In this document: positions 62,277 to 64,000 of the stretch, in pieces
Position numbering within the stretch: position 1 is the stretch's first letter
Layout of the letters: each line of letters starts with the position of its first letter
Source: Fidelibacterota bacterium
GTDB taxonomy: Bacteria; Fidelibacterota; UBA2242; JAOZSR01
Direction of reading: 5' to 3'
NCBI GenBank assembly: GCA_029939575.1
Contig: JAOZSR010000002.1
Coordinates: 8,814-72,813 of the forward strand
Length of the DNA stretch: 64,000 bases
Notes under the pieces: model-generated
The model's database searches: none
What the model saw: only the letters and a program-made list of their open reading frames with translations
Told to the model about the DNA's origin: nothing
Program-made: the position numbers and the translations under genes

Positions 62277-63003
62277 TTCCATATCTGAAATATTAAACAT
62301 ACACAAACCAGTTGGAATTACCTCTTATGATGTTGTCAGGAAAGTAAAAAAAATTCTAAAGTTAAAAAAAATAGGACATGGTGGAACACTTGATCCTTTC
62401 GCAGAAGGAGTTTTATTAATTTTAATTGGCAAAGCAACAAAAAAGATGAACCAACTGCTTAGTTTGCCTAAATCCTATGAAGCCGAAATTAAACTTGGGC
62501 AATCTACTGATACTGCAGACCATACAGGAGAAATTACCGACAATCAACCAGTATTACAAATATCCGAACAACAAATCCAACAGGTCATTAATATGTTTCA
62601 TGGAGAAGTGAATCAAACACCACCACAATATAGTGCAAAAAAAATAAATGGAATTCCTGCATATAAATTAGCACGACAGGGTATTGAATTTACACTTAAT
62701 CCGGTTAAAATCAATATTTACGACCTTAAAATAGTACAAACCAATCACTCTATTTTAAAGATCAACACTTCCTGTTCCAGTGGTACTTATGTTCGTGTTC
62801 TCGGAGAAGATATTGCTAAAAAATTTGGTACAGTTGGACATCTTGTATCTTTAAAACGCACCTGTATAGGTGACTATAAAATAAATAATTCATTGCTATT
62901 TGACAACCTAGAAAAAACACTTATGCCTTTAAAAACAACTATTCTTTCAAAGCATAATATGGAATCTGTAAAAAAAGGAATCAATCAAACAGTTAAAAAT
63001 TAA
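62266..63003 (+). CDS. truB: tRNA pseudouridine-55 synthase
   Basis: KPVGITS, GHGGTLDPFAEG, PPQYSA, CSSGTYVR. Confidence 0.96.
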   Translation: MINNSISEILNIHKPVGITSYDVVRKVKKILKLKKIGHGGTLDPFAEGVLLILIGKATKKMNQLLSLPKSYEAEIKLGQSTDTADHTGEITDNQPVLQISEQQIQQVINMFHGEVNQTPPQYSAKKINGIPAYKLARQGIEFTLNPVKINIYDLKIVQTNHSILKINTSCSSGTYVRVLGEDIAKKFGTVGHLVSLKRTCIGDYKINNSLLFDNLEKTLMPLKTTILSKHNMESVKKGINQTVKN

Positions 63004-63021
63004 TTTTTTTACAATAACACT

Positions 63022-63966
63022 ATGAAAGTTTTCAAAGGAATAAAGTCAATATCTGCAGATTTTAAAGAAGTAATAACCACTCTTGGTGTTTACGATGGAG
63101 TACACCTGGGTCACCAGGAAATTATTAAAAAAACTGTGCTGGCGGCTAAAAAATATAACCACCCATCCATGTTAATTACTTTTAACCCACATCCAAGAAC
63201 GGTACTCAGTAAAACATCCGCTGATTTTCTTCCAATTTTAACGAGCCCGGAAGAAAAAAACAGTTATCTTAAAACAACCGGTCTGGATTCGGTTTTAATT
63301 CTTGAAACAACTCGGGAATTATTGAATATTGAGGCTGATGATTTTATTAAACAAATACTATTAAAAGGAATTTCTGCAAAAAAAGTAATAGTTGGTTACA
63401 ATTATCATTTTGGAAAAAACAGAACAGGAACACCGGAATTTTTAGAAAAATCGGGTAGTAAATATGATCTCAAAACTATGATTATTCCTGCTTTTTCTAT
63501 AAATAAACAAGTAGTAAGTTCCTCAAGGATCAGAGACTATTTGAAAAATGGAAAAATTGAAGAGGCCAACCAACTGCTGGGTCGCCCTTATAGTATGTTT
63601 GGAAAAATTATTAAAGGTACAGGTACAGGACGGAAATTAGGATTTCCAACTGCTAATATTGACATAGAAAACTCTTACAAACTTATTCCGGAAAATGGTG
63701 TATATATAACAAAAACTTTTTTAAATGGAAAACCGTATTTTGGAATCTGTAATATAGGATTCAGGCCAACTTTTAATGGTACTTTCCGTACGATCGAAAT
63801 TCATATTATTTCGCCACCGGAATTAGATTTGTATGGAGAAACCGTGAAAGTTGAATTCCTGGAAAAACTACGTGACGAAAAGAAATTCAGTCACATTGAT
63901 GAATTGAAAGTCCAAATATCCAAGGACAAACAAAATTGTATTGAAAAATTAAACCATATATTTTAA
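63022..63966 (+). CDS. ribF: Bifunctional riboflavin kinase / FAD synthetase
   Basis: GVYDGVHLGH, VSSSRIR, GRKLGFPTAN, NIGFRPT, LRDEKKF. Confidence 0.97.
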   Translation: MKVFKGIKSISADFKEVITTLGVYDGVHLGHQEIIKKTVLAAKKYNHPSMLITFNPHPRTVLSKTSADFLPILTSPEEKNSYLKTTGLDSVLILETTRELLNIEADDFIKQILLKGISAKKVIVGYNYHFGKNRTGTPEFLEKSGSKYDLKTMIIPAFSINKQVVSSSRIRDYLKNGKIEEANQLLGRPYSMFGKIIKGTGTGRKLGFPTANIDIENSYKLIPENGVYITKTFLNGKPYFGICNIGFRPTFNGTFRTIEIHIISPPELDLYGETVKVEFLEKLRDEKKFSHIDELKVQISKDKQNCIEKLNHIF

Positions 63967-63982
63967 ATGGAGGTCATTAATA

Positions 63983-64000
63983 ATGTCGATCAAAAAAGAA
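63983..64000 (+). CDS. Start of the next gene (MSIKKE...), probably ribosomal protein S15 by synteny
   Basis: GGAGG RBS then ATG 63983; only six codons visible; rpsO commonly follows truB-ribF. Confidence 0.45.

Noticed and set aside
62266-63003. Short TruB as a possible pseudogene
   Set aside because: The catalytic motifs are intact, and TruB proteins lacking the C-terminal PUA domain are common.

Overview
Gene-dense, AT-rich bacterial chromosome segment in the standard code. It is probably from an uncultured Gram-negative FCB-group lineage; this is inferred from the TonB receptor plus lipoprotein pair, the beta-propeller/Y_Y_Y sensor kinase, a group II GGGP synthase, an extended S16 and clear Shine-Dalgarno sites. 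Most of the window is housekeeping: ffh-rpsP-khpA-rimM-trmD-rplS, groES-groEL, efp-accB-accC-gcvH-gcvPA-GGGPS-gmhA-xerD, carAB, mltG-pcrA, tRNA-Arg(CCT), and rimP-nusA-infB-DUF503-rbfA-truB-ribF-(rpsO). I saw no CRISPR array, prophage, rRNA or intact IS. The best candidate for an uncharacterised system is the co-oriented 1-8.7 kb locus: tandem membrane paralogs, two HTH regulators, a twin-operator promoter, small membrane proteins, a TonB-dependent receptor, a lipoprotein and an ABC-2 transporter. Other notable points: an archaeal-type ether-lipid enzyme (group II GGGPS) co-transcribed with acetyl-CoA carboxylase genes; an EF-P with an Arg-tipped TARGG loop; an AccB with a triplicated N-terminal helix; a CIRCE-less, sigma54-like groESL promoter with an adjacent palindrome; a stand-alone PqqD/RRE-like gene coupled to adenosine deaminase; and a decayed REP-like palindrome. 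All calls come from reading motifs by eye; no searches were run.
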